Origin: Azolla caroliniana
Taxonomy: Eukaryota; Plantae; Polypodiophyta
Direction: 5' to 3'
Assembly: GCA_043228905.1 (NCBI GenBank)
Contig: JBHGNT010000001.1
Location: 26,846,001 to 26,910,000 of the forward strand
Length of the DNA stretch: 64,000 bases
Part shown: piece by piece, positions 11,973-24,551 of the stretch
Layout of the letters: each line of letters starts with the position of its first letter
Numbering within the stretch: the stretch's first letter is position 1
Position numbers and translations under genes: made by a program
The notes under the pieces: model-generated
Seen by the model: only the letters and a program-made list of their open reading frames with translations
Told to the model about the DNA's origin: nothing
Database searches by the model: none

Positions 11973-12547
11973 AGGGGGAGTTTGTTGGGATTACGGTCCC
12001 TCCGGATGGGATGGTCGAATGTCCGGAGCCGGATGATGAAGACCCCGGCTACGGAGCCGGATGATGAATGTACCCGGAGAGAGATCCGGATGTAGGGACA
12101 TATTTGTGAATATGTTTGCCAAGGGCCCTCGAGGCTATATTTGTAAATAGCCCAAAAGTCATATGTGTATAAATATGACTTAGGGCAAACAGTTTTATGT
12201 TGTTGCTCATTTTTCTGGTTTTTTACTTAGAGAGAGCTAAGTGAGCAGCCGAGAGAGAGAGAGAGAGAGAGAGAGACGAAGAGGTCGTTGCCTCTGTGTA
12301 TTACCGCCGCCTGTGGCGAAGACAGTGAGCTCAAGGTTGTTGCCTTGTAGCTTCACCATTGTACACCTCTGTTTATAGTGATAGTTGGAGTTTGAGGACT
12401 CCCGTGGTTTTTTTCCCATTTAGGGTTTTCCACGTAAAATATCCTGTGTACTCTTCTCTCTATTGTCTTCGTGCATTTTGTATTTCCCGTTTTCTGAGAG
12501 TTGATCCTATTCCTCGGTTGTGGCCAAGCGCGGTTTCCAGCAGGGTA

Positions 12548-15500
12548 GACCTGGGGTAAGTGTCACCACGAATTTCACGAACATTACCAACGGACTGATA
12601 GTAGTGGATCACCACAATGTGGCTATTAAGTTGATATTACACGGTCAGGAAATCCCAGGATGCGTAATCGATGGCGGCTCGGGCGTTAATGTAATTAGCG
12701 CGAAGACATGCGAACGATTGGGAATTTCAGAATGGGAAGCTTGCCCGTTCTGGCTCCGCATGGCAGATACCCGCTCAATATGACCATTGGGGTTGATACG
12801 TGGGCGGACATCGCTTCGACATCTCGGTGGTAGTCCTCGCCCTGGACGCCCTAGGGGAGTACCCTGTGCTGTTGGGTAGACCGTGGCTTTGTTCAGTGAA
12901 TATCAAGCAAAGCTAGCAACACAAGTGTATCAGTTTTCGACGCGGACGCACCAAGGTCCGCGTACCAACGGAGGAAATGACGGCACAACCCAAGGGCATA
13001 ACACCATTATACGTGGAAGACATAAATATGCTGGCTAGGGTGGATGATACAGAATTAGAGGCATACCTAGACGAGCACCCTCAGATTATTCCGCTGTTCG
13101 AAATCGACATCATCGAAACCGCGGTTGAATATGCCACGACCACTACACTCCACGACGAAGCTTACGAACCAAACCCGGAGTCAATATTAGAACTAAGCAG
13201 AGCACGAGCAGCATTCGAGAGGGAAATGGAAATTTCATGGCGAGTCAGCGCCTCAGCCCTGGAAGAAGTAAACGTGGGTACGGCGTCAGAATCCCGTTTC
13301 CTCTCCATCACAAAGGAATTAAGCCCGGACCAAAGAGACGTGATGATCGTACTACTCAAGAAGTATAAAGATGTGTTCGCCTGGGCCCACGAGGACATGA
13401 AGGGGTTATATCCGAAGTTCTATCAACATAAGATTAATTTAGCAATCGACACGAAACCGGTCCAGCAGCGTCACTACCGCATGAATCCAAACTACGCGGC
13501 TCGTGTAAAAGAAGAAATTGACAAACTCCTGAAGGCGGTATTCATATGACTAGTTAAACAAGCTACATGGTTAAGCCCAATCGTAGTCGTACCAAAGAAA
13601 AATGGCAAAATACAGGTATGCGTGGACTACCGAAAATTAAACGTCGTAACCATTACGGACACATTCCCTTTACCATTCACCGATAGCGTACTGGACGTCG
13701 TCGCAGGGCATGACATGTACAGTTTTTTAGATGGCTTCAGTGGGTACAACCAAGTATGCATGCACCCCGATGACCAAGAGAAGACGACATGCGTCACGGA
13801 CTGGGGAGTCTATGTGGTAGTCGTCATGATATTAGGGCTAAAGACGGCGCCGACAACATTTCAACAGAGAATCACGGAGATTTTTGGGGAATACATTCCG
13901 GCCTTCATTTAAGTTTTATTAGATGATTTTGCGGTATATGGGAGAACAATCGACCATTTTACGCATCTGCAACTGTGCTTGGAACGTTGCCGCACCGCAT
14001 GCTTAAGCCTGAATCCCGCCAAATGTGCCTTCGGCATTACCAACGGGGCTCTTCTAGGCCATATAGTCAGCAAGGAAGGGATAGTGGTCGATCCTAATAA
14101 AATCTCTGCGATTACTCAAGCCAAAACTCCGACAAACGCGAAATCACTCAGCCGTTTTTTAGGAAAAATATGATGGCACAATCGGATGATACAATATTTG
14201 GCGGACTTCACCACGCCATTACATGCCGTCGTGCACCAGACTCCCTTCCAATGAACAGCAACAGAAGAAAAGGCATATGATGCGCTAAAGGTAATGCTCA
14301 CGCAGGCACACATCGTACAACCACCAGTTTGGGCAAAGCCATTCCACGTGTTCGTAGATGCCTCAGACATAGCAATAGGAAGTGCGCTAATGCAGCTCAC
14401 AGAGCCGAATTAGTACCGGCCGGTGTACTATGCTAGTCAGAAATTATCAACGGCGGAGCATAACTATTCCACAACGGAACGTGAGGCATTGGGGATGATC
14501 TACAACATCAATAAATTCCGGCATTATCTGCTAGGGCGGAAATTCACGTTTCACGTGGATCATTTGGCACTGCTGTATTTGGTGGAGAAACAAGCGTTGA
14601 CAGGGAAATTGGTGAGATGGATGATGTTGCTTCAAGAATTCGATTTTGTAATTCAGCACCGGCTGGGTACACAACACGGAGTGGCAGATTTTTTGAGCAG
14701 ACTCGATAATGGAGAAACGGCGCAGATGAATGACGATGACTTTCCGGATGCAGACATTCTGCGGGTAGCAGCACTAACAGAATGAACGGAAAAGATCTTT
14801 CCGGACCGGTGGCTCATGGAAACGACCTACTTTTTTACTACGGGGCTGACCCCACCACAATTACGCACGGACGAGAAGAAACAATTAGCCGTCCGGAGCC
14901 GTAACTTCTGTCTGGTAGAAGGAATCTTATATCAGAAAGGCAGTGATGGCATTTGGCGACGCGGTGTACGTCAGGATGAGAAAGAAGCGGTCTTATCGGA
15001 GGCTCACTGTGGCACGGCAAGCGGACATTACGCGGGCGATGTTACGGCCCGAAAAATATGGCAAGCAAGCCTATGGTGGCCAACTACACAGAAGGATGCA
15101 TATGATTATTGCAAAAAGTGTGATTTGTGTCAACGGATGGGCTAGCCCACGGAGGGCGCAAGAATGCCACACCAGCCCATATTGTCGTTAGATCCCTTCC
15201 AAAAGTGGGGATTGGATTTTGTAGGCCCCTTCACACCAGCGGCGGCCCATACGGGCAATAAATACATATTGGTGGCCACGGATTATTGCACCAAGTGGGT
15301 AGAAGCAAAGGCACTACGGGAGAATACGACGCTTGTCACAGCGAGATTCCTTTACGAACACATATGGTCTCGGTTCGGTTGTCTGATTGAGCTTATCAGT
15401 GATTAGGGGAGCCTTTTCTCAATACAATGGTTCGTGAACTAACACATCATTACACCAAGGTCCACAAGAAGAGTAAGCCATATTACCCACAGGCGAATGG

Positions 15501-16100
15501 GTTGGCGGAATCCACCAATAAGACATTGCAGACCATATTAAAGAAAATAGAACGGATTGGGATACCAAATTACATAGTGCATTATTGGCGTACAGGACGA
15601 GCTACAAAACCAGCATACAGTCAACACCCTTTCGACTAGCGTTTGGGCTGGAGGCCGTTATGCTAGTTGAGTTTTAGATACCCAATTTACGGATTCAAGT
15701 ACGGGACCCACTATCTGAAACCAAGTCGGAGAAAGTACGACTGCACCAGCTACTCGAACTTGGCGAAAAACACGTACACAACATGGCTATGTTGGAGCAG
15801 GAACGACGGCGTAAAGTGTTTGTGGATCGACATCGGAACGCACGGGAAAAGGATTTTGCAGTCGGTAGAGCGGTACTGGTTTTCCAAACCTACATGGGGC
15901 ACATGCTAGGAAAATTACGATTCTGCTGGACAAGCCCGTACTGGATAGTAGGAGCGGAACAAGGCACGTTTCAATTGGGCACATTGGACGGGGAAGTGTT
16001 ACGATAGAAAGTAAATGGGTTTCGCCTTAAACCTTATCTAGGACCTACCCCACCTAACCCGTTCCCCGCCGGATAGGACAAAGCCGGAGAATCCGCGGAG
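12548..16100 (+). pseudogene. pol: Pol of element A: protease, RT, RNase H, integrase (many stops)
   Basis: VIDGGSGVN protease (~12665). DYRKLN, SFLDGFSGYNQ and LLDDFAVY RT. VDASDIAIG/YSTTEREAL RNase H. H..GH..C..C, WGLDFVGP and PQANGLAE integrase. Confidence 0.9.
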
Positions 16101-16440
16101 TAAGTAGACGGCCCCACTTGTATTATAGTGTAAAAATAGGCTTGTATGTAACCGTTCCGAAAAAAAAGAAAAGAGAAGATAGCAACGCTATTAAAAGGCC
16201 TTAAGGCATGCACACACTTCTAGAACAAGAACACGTGGCACCACGATGGTTCACCGACCAATGAACCCTAGGCCACAAAAAGAAGGAAAGAGCAGGTTTT
16301 CTGCACAATACAGAAATCAACCTCCTAACTCTCAACGCTCTTATCGCTCCCCTCCCTGACCTTCTTCTCCATCCTATCACAGAGCTCAAGCCCACCGCCA
16401 TCAACATTCTTCACCCCCTAGCCACGAGCCTATTCCGACT

Positions 16441-19200
16441 ATGCCGATATTCATCTCTACCACCTTGCGTCGATGGCTCGTGGAGAAACGCTTGGATGGG
16501 TACATCACGGTTGCGGAGGCACCTCCACACCCTAATGCACTGGACATCGCCAGAAAGCTCAACATCGACACGGTCACCAACTCATCCATCCGGAAAAAGT
16601 TGGACCTGTCATCACTAGGTGAAAGGCATTTCGAAATCCCTCCTGTGGAGTCCCTGTAGAGGTATTTCGGTCCATATTCGTCATCCGCCAAGGCATATAG
16701 AACGAATGAGATCCGGGATCCCTTTTTCCACAAAATCGCCAAATTCCTTTTAGAGGTCGGATGCATACATGTAAACACATATGGGATGCCCAAGCAGAAG
16801 GCAGGTATCCTCATTGATACCTTTGAAGGGCGTACGGTCTATTGGGGGGTCATCACAGGGTCGGCGTTAAGGCAAGGCCTGCACGCGTATCAAGGAGGCA
16901 CAAAGCTCAGGCTTATCATACAACAGTACCTGACGGTACTATTCCCACCCTGAGGCCTACCGACACCACAACCCAGCAAGCCCACGCCGCCGGCTCGATC
17001 CGCGAAGCGAAGGTTAGCGAAGTTAGCCACCATAGAGTGGGAGGATGAACCCCAACCCGCCTAGCCGAACACGCGAACAACGCAGGAACAGCAGGCGGCG
17101 CACACCGAGGAAGCGGCACCGGAGCCAAACGCCGAACCACGACAGGAAAGCCCGAGGCCGAAAAGGCGGAGGCTGGACAGGAAAGATGGGCGAGGGTTAG
17201 TTAAAGACGCACTCGTGGCTGCGGAGACAACGATCGTAGGCAACATCTCCGCAGCTACGGAGCCCAACACCACTTTCGAGGAATCCGGGAACCACGGCTG
17301 ATCATTACGGCCCAGTCACAATGAGGGAAAGCCGTATTGACGGTAGAAAGTGAGGTCCTGGATTATCTAGACATCCCGGACACGGCCCATGAGTTCAGCG
17401 CACTATTACAGTTCGGAACCTCTTTTGAACTCATGGAATTCTTGGCAATGCAGTAGATAAAAGTCTCACAACGAATGGCCAAGGAGCACGCGGAGCGCCA
17501 AATGATCGAGTGCGCATTAACACAAACGACGGAAAGCGACGATGAGGACCAGTTAGCCAGAGTCGGTAGACAGAGGAACGTCGGTATACGTCGAATGGGG
17601 ATGGAACTACCCCCATTGAACGCAGCCCATGTCGAAGTTCATAGGGAACTAGCAAAGGTCTGTATGGGCGCCAAGGATATGGTGATGAAAAATAAAAATG
17701 TCTGGAAAAAGGTTAAACTGACCCAAGCCGAGCTGCAAAAAGCCAATGAACACATTGCGGAGTTGGAAAATAACGTGACTACGGCGCAACAGGCAGCTCC
17801 ACTACCAACCAACGTTGTCAAAGCCCTGAGGGAAGAGATTGAGGCTCAGACCGTCATTGCCTCAAAAGCAAAACGAGCCGTACAACTAGCGGAATCAAAG
17901 ATTGACCACCTTCGCGCTGAACTTCGCCAGCCCTCAGACAGAGAAAAGGACATCAAGGCCAACAGACAGAGAAAAGGACATCAAGGCCAACGGCCGAAAG
18001 GCAGTGACGACCCTTGAAGAGAAACTCGCAGCGGAGATAGCACAGCACACCCATACGAAAGAAGAAAACACCCAATTACGGGATGAAGTGAAAAAATCGG
18101 AAGCGGCAATTGCGGGACTCCGGGCCTTATTAGAGAAAAAGAAAGCATGGTTTCACGAGCAACTGGTGGGAGAACATGAGAGAAGGAATCAGCTCGAAAT
18201 CCGCCTGAACAATGAAATGGGAAAACTGGAAGAACTACATGCGAAGGAATCCCAACTTTGGGCAGGTATGAGGAGCACGTATGAGGAAGCGGCGGTAGTT
18301 AATCAGCAAGAAATTGCAAACCTCAAGAAATCTGTAGAAGAAGCACGCAACTGTTGCCAAGCCATAACAGAGAACGTGCATAGCCTTCTGCAAACGAATC
18401 GGGAGAGGTTTACGACGCAATTAGAAACGACTCTAGACAAAGGATGGACGGCGTGGGCTGCACAAGCGGCGGAATTGCATACGTATCGAGCAAACTGGGA
18501 GAACCGGAGGAAAGACGGTTGAGGCTTCTATAAACTCAATGAGGAAAGCATTGCGGCAGTATGCGAGGACCTAGCGCAAGACTATCACACACTAGTGGAC
18601 CAACATTCCGAAGAACTCACGCAGCTACTAGATGATTTCGGACACAATCAGGAGGACCTGTTTCACCAGATCACAAAAGCTGGCAGCACACAAACGAACG
18701 AGGAATCCATCGCGACACCAATTCTGGATACTATCGAACAAGAGGAACCTCAAGCCATCTCACCAGAAATTACCACTACGGTGAACAGCATGGAACGGTG
18801 AGCGGAGTCCCCCGCAATACCAGACAGCGAAACCACCGCCCAAGTGGAACCCCGTCCACCGGAGCATACGCTTACAATTGACAGCACAAAGAATGTTCCG
18901 GACCAAGAGGAACCGCAACGCCACTCCCTAGAGCGTACAACGATGACCGACATCACGAGGGAAGTGACAGACGAAACAGAACCGCGACCTACCGCAAGCC
19001 CATGGACGGCTGAACCAAACCCCCCTAGCCCAAGAAGAGCCCACAGAACCCGGCCCACCCACACATGACGACCGGGACACCATGAGAAGCCCTCCAGACC
19101 AAGCAAGGGAACCACACAACGACACGCCTACGGGCCCAACGCCGTCCCCGGACACGAACACCGTAGCAGAACCAAACATCATGGCCATTTTGGAGGTAGA
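16441..19200 (+). pseudogene. Accessory ORF 3' of pol in element A (about 900 codons, disrupted)
   Basis: Fragments 16441..16659 onward, 17350-18017, 17902..18522 (coiled coil) and 18595-19068 are homologous to the A0 ORF at 1676-4528. Confidence 0.75.
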
Positions 19201-19591
19201 TTAAAGGGATGGGTCCGACGTGCCATGGCATTGTCCCACAGGCATGCCAGGTGTTGTCCGTCGGAATAGTAACCGACAGACAAGTGCGCAGTAATATGGA
19301 ATAGAATAAAATTGTAACGCATGTAACAGTTCACGCGTGAAGCGTGAACGACTAAAAGACCCTACGTATATAAAGGGTAGAAAACCTCTGATAGAGGTAG
19401 CGTTGTCGTGAAGAAAACCGTCCACAAGCGGAATCGGTGCGCCGGAGCATAGGAACTGGCTCTTCATACACGTACGCCTTACGTTGTAAATAAGAGAGCA
19501 TTAGGGGCATAGAGGATCCTAGGTAGGTAGATTCGGTAGGTAGGAAGTTAATAGGAAACGGCTCCTTCCTTGCCTATAAGAGGAGGGAGAC

Positions 19592-21106
19592 AACGGGGCG
19601 GCCGGTGCGGGCTCTGTCACAGCAAGGAGGCTTGAACCGGCACCACAAGTGCGAAGGGAAGAAACCCGGGAATGGCTCGAAACCGGTCCGGCTTCGACCG
19701 GCATGGTCAATGGCTCGTCCGGAGGAGCAGCGCTGGAGGAGTTGACGCGGGCAATAAAGGATCTCCAGATCGCCCAGACTCGAAGGGAAGGCGGCGAACC
19801 GGCTCGTGACCGATGGCCGGCAGCGGGGAACAGGTGCATGTGGTGCGACGAGGTCGGCCACATTCAGAAGGACTGCGGCGATTTCGCAGAGGCGTTGAGG
19901 AACCGGGTGGTGTACCTGTGGGAAGGCCGGGTGCACGCCGGCGACACCAGGAGGGCACTGAACCGAAACGACGGGCGAGGAGGAATGAAGAGACTGATGG
20001 AAGAGGCAGCGGCCCGACACGTGGAGGCCATCCACTACTTGGCGTCGACCGGCATTCGGGTTGGGGGCAGCGAGGCCCGAAAGAAGGGCAAAGACGGATT
20101 CTAGTCGGCAATGCTGGAAGGTCTTGCCGGCGCACGGCTAAGGAAAGATGAAACGGACCGTGCTGAGAGACGGGTCCGGGAAATAACCGGGTGGAGCGAT
20201 CCGGTCGAGGAGAAGACGGGCTTTGTAGAAGCCGCCTGCCGGAACTACGAGGCTCTGGTTGAAGACAAACGGGTGGGGAAAGCCGGAGCGGACGGGCCCT
20301 CACAACGGTACGAGACCCGATTCTGGCAATGACGGAACAATGCCGGTGGGTCTAGCCCGCAAGATAACCCCAGGAAGGGCGGATACCGACTGGGGACGGA
20401 AATAGAAAGGACTACGGACCTACGAAAGGTCCTAGAAGAACGGATCCTCGATAGCAAAGTGGAGCTGTCATTGCGTGAGGTGCTAGGGATCGCCAAGAAG
20501 GAGTTCCACGACTCCATTGTGGACCTGGTGAAACGGAAGAGGCTGTCGACGGAGACGGAACCGGAAAGACCGGTGGAGGTGCGGACGACGCACATCCAGG
20601 ACATGGCGATGGAAGACGAGTGGGCGGAGAGCCACTATTCGAGGCCACACTGGGCCCGAGTGACCACGGAGACCCCAGTAAAGATCGGAGATGTTCAGGA
20701 ACCGGTGGTGGCATTGGTGGACCACGGTTCGGAAATAAACCTGATGTCCATGGACTTCTATAAGAAGGGGAAGTGGCCGATCAACACCAAGCACGGGTGG
20801 AAGATACGGGCGGCGACGCGCGCCACCGAGGAACTGCATGGGGCCTGCCCGAACGTGCGAGTCAAGATCGGCGACGTCGAGATTGACTAGCACTTCTTCG
20901 TACATGAGACGTCCTCACACCCGGTCATATTAGGGGAACCGTACATCACGGCGGCACGAATGGAGACCAAGGTGCTGGACAACGATTCGGCCTACGCGAG
21001 GGTCAAAAGCCAGGACGGGCGCCATTCGGTGCAATTTCTGACGGTGCGGCCGAACCACGAGAGAAACCGCGAATCCCTCGGTGGCGAGAACCGGGAGGAT
21101 TTTTAG
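19592..21106 (+). pseudogene. Gag C-terminal half plus protease of B in a single frame (in-frame stops at ~20102, 20330, 20888)
   Basis: CMWCDEVGHIQKDC knuckle and ALVDHGSEINLM protease motif. The frame ends GAT TTT TAG at 21098-21106. Confidence 0.85.
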
Positions 21107-24100
21107 AGAGGGCTGCCAAGGCGTGGGGCCGAGACAGCCCGGACACTCGGAAAAGACCCCACGACTGTACGATAGGTAGGAAATTTTGCTTCTCCAACAA
21201 CGGAGGGTGTATGATAGTCGGCATCGTCGGCCGAGAAAAGACAAGGGCGGAAGTGCGACTTCGAGCGTGCGGAGTTCTCGGCCCGGACGAGGAAATCAGC
21301 GGAGCCGTGGAGGCGGTCTCCTTCGACGACACCTTGGGAATGCTCAAGAAGGTAGCCGGAGAAGACCTTAACGAAGACCGGACGATACCGGTATGTTCCG
21401 AAGAGATGTACGAAGTCATCGCGAACTTCAATCGGGGGCTCGGGTCGGATCGGACGGCCCGAGTTAGCACGAAGTACAAGACTGTGGACCGGAAGGTAAG
21501 GCCAGTCGCGGCACCCTTGCCGGAGGGTAGCGAGTCCCGAATCAGAGGGGTGGCGTCGGACCCCAGTTTACGAGATCCGGCCTGCATAGGACACACCTTC
21601 ACCGACGGGACGCTCTGGGAGCTCAAGATCGGTGGGGGCGGGTTCCTACTGCCGGCGAAGGAAGACCGGTTTCGGAGAATGCTCGGAAGGCACGGGAAAG
21701 CCTTCGCATTCTCGCCGGAAGAGATCGGGTGCGTAGACCCGACAATCGTGGAGCCGATGGTGATATTCACGGTACCGCATGTGCCGTGGAATCTCAAGCC
21801 GATTCCGGTACCGAGAGCTCACATCCCGAAGTTGATGGAGCTATTGAGGCAGAAAGTTGATATGGGTATTCTCGAACCGTCGAGCGCGCCATACTCGAAC
21901 CGATGGTTTATCGTACCAAAGAAAAACGGAACATTGCGCTTCATTCAGGACCTGCAGCCGGTCAACAGAGTGACCATCCGGAACGCAGGAATCGGACCAA
22001 CCATAGACGAATTCGCGGAGGCCTTCGCCGGAAGGTCGATTTACTCGGTCGGTGATCTGTACTCGGGGTACGACCAATTCCAGCTAGCCGTAGAGAGCAG
22101 AGACATTACGACGATGCGAACTCCCCTCGGCCTAGTGCGAATGTGTACCCTGCCACAAGGAGGGACCAACTCGGTGGCCCACATGGTGAATGCAATGAAC
22201 AAAGTACTGAGGGATTGCATCCCGGACATCACCATGCCATTTCTAGAAGACATCCCTATCAAGGGGTGCCCAGTGGAAGAGAAGGACGAGACACTCGGGC
22301 CGGACGGATGCCGGCGATTCGTGGCAACACACATCGACGACTGCGAGAAGGTGCTACAAAGGCTAGAGGATGCGAGGCTCACCTTCTCCGGGGAGAAATC
22401 GGCCTTCGGGCAATCAGAAATCCTGGTGGTCGGGCACCTATGTGGACCATATGGCCGGAAGCCGTCTCCGGCAAAGGTAGAAGTCATCTCCGCGATGAAG
22501 ACCGACTGTAGCTCGGTTATGGAAGTACGGAGGTTCCTGGGGGCATGTGCGTTCTACCACATATGGATCCCGCATTACGCCCACGTTGCGGAGCCACTAT
22601 ACGGGTTGCTGAAGAAGGGGCGAAGATTCGAGTGGCGAGACGAGCACACGGAGTCGGTCCGGAAGCTGAAGGAAGCTCTTGCGGAAGCATCGGCGCTCCG
22701 GAAGGCTGTCTACGAGAAGGGTACCCCGGTATACATAACGGTGGATACGAGCCCGACCGGGATCGGATGGGTCGTCAACCAAGAAGACGAGGACGGCACC
22801 CGATTCCCGATCCGATTCGGCGCTAAGGTCCTCAGTGAGTGACAGCGAGGGTACTCTGGGGTATCGTTTCGGTGGTAAAGGCCGACAAAGACTACCTGAT
22901 CGGGACAGAAGTGATTATCGAGACGGATTGCCTGCCGATTCTCGGCATGGTTTCCGGATGTACGACACCGGACCTGGCGATGCTCAGGTGGATAGCGTAC
23001 ATCAAGTCCCTGGACCCGGAGATACGACACATTTCCGGAAAGGACAACGCCATGGCCGACATGCTTTCAAGGGCAAGGTTTGATGACGAGGGCGGCATGG
23101 TTTCGGAGGACGAAGAAGTCGGCGTGGACTTCTTCGAGGCAGCGTATGTGACGACCGATGGGACGAGCACTCCGGCACTTAACGGCTTCGACGAGAGCAA
23201 GTACGACGGCGAGTGGCTCCAGATCGGTGGTTTCTTGAGGACAATGACGCCGGATGCGTCGTGGACGAGGGACGAGGCCAACCGGATCCGGAAGAAAGCA
23301 TACCGATTCTTCCTCTGGGACGGACACTTATGGAAGCACCCGAAGAAGAGGAACGGCGTCCCACTCCGGGTGGTGGCGATGAAGGAAGAACAGGAGGAGC
23401 TGCTGACGGCCTACCACGAGAGCCCTTGGGCTGGACACCGTGGAACGTGGGCCACGTTCGAGAAGATAAAGAGGAAGTACTGGTGGCCGGGACTGTACCG
23501 GGATGTGCATCGGTTCGTGACAACTTGCGAGAGCTGTCAGATGCACTCCATAGTCCGACATCGGGACGAGCTTCACCCTACATACCCTCCGACCATCCAC
23601 TTCAAATGGATGGTAGATCTGGTGACGATGCCGATGGGAGTAGGACAGATGCGCTATCTGGTCCTAGCTCGGGAAGATCTGACGAGCCAGGTAGAAGGCC
23701 GAGCCCTTCAGAACAAAACGACCGCAGCCGTATGTCGGTTCCTGATCGAGGACGTGATATGCCGGTACGGGTGCGTCGGGAAGATCGTGGCTGATCGCGG
23801 GGAGTTGGACGCCGAAGAGGCCGAAGAGCTATTCGACCGGCTAGGAGTCAAGCTCTCGCTTACCACTGCGTACAATCCGGAGGCGAATGGAAAGGTGGAG
23901 CGCGGACACGGACCGATCGTCAAGGCATTAGTTCGGGCATGCGGAGGTCAAGTCGGGAACTGGCCGCGGCTGCTGCCTTACGCGTTGTGGGCTGACCGAA
24001 CTACGCACAGTTCGGTAACCGGATTCATGCCGGCAGAGCTCATGTTTGGGCAGAAGCCGATCATGCCGATGGAACGTACGATCTCCTCATGGGCAACCAT

Positions 24101-24551
24101 GGACTGGAAAGACGAGATGAGCCGGGAGGAACTGTTGACGGCGCGCATACGACAGCTCGAGCGAAGACCGGAGGACGTGGAGCAGGCTGCAGAAAAGCTT
24201 CGGGTGGCCAGGACGAGGAACAAAGCCCGGTTCGACCGGACGCACCGGCTCCGACCGAAGAAGATCGAGGAAGGCGACTGGGTGCTAGTCTACGACAACA
24301 GCCTCGACAACCAGCACCGAGCGACACGGAAGTTCGCAAGAAGGTGGTTCGGGCCTTACGTGGTACAAAGCGCCAACGACAACGGGACGTACCATCTGGC
24401 AGAACTCGACGGCACGAGAATGGCGATACCGGTAGCTGGGAAGCGGATCAAAGCGTTCAAGAAGCGTCACGACGACGAGTCGGATCCGGATAACCTGGAC
24501 CGGGACGACGAACGATCCGAAACCGAAGAAGAACCGACTGGCGGGGAATAA
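21100..24551 (+). pseudogene. pol: Pol (RT-RNase H-integrase) of B in the -1 frame; lesion at ~22840-22855
   Basis: DLYSGYDQF, LPQGGTNS and PFLEDIPIKG RT. TVDTSPTGIG RNase H. H..GH..CESC, VDLV, DRGE and PEANGKVER integrase, with WFGPY. Confidence 0.9.

Larger units (their letters stand above)
7307..12542 (+). mobile_element. Young full-length Ty1/Copia element E (Tnt1/Tork-like)
   Basis: LTRs 7307-7868 and 11983-12542 differ at only a few positions. TSD GGGTA (7302-7306/12543-12547). PBS TGGTATCAGAGC (tRNA-iMet) at 7872-7883. PPT GAAGGGGGAG at 11971-11980. Confidence 0.97.

Noticed and set aside
22237-22266. FLED as a novel RT catalytic motif
   Set aside because: This copy has other inactivating lesions, so a single D>E mutation is the simpler explanation until other copies are seen.
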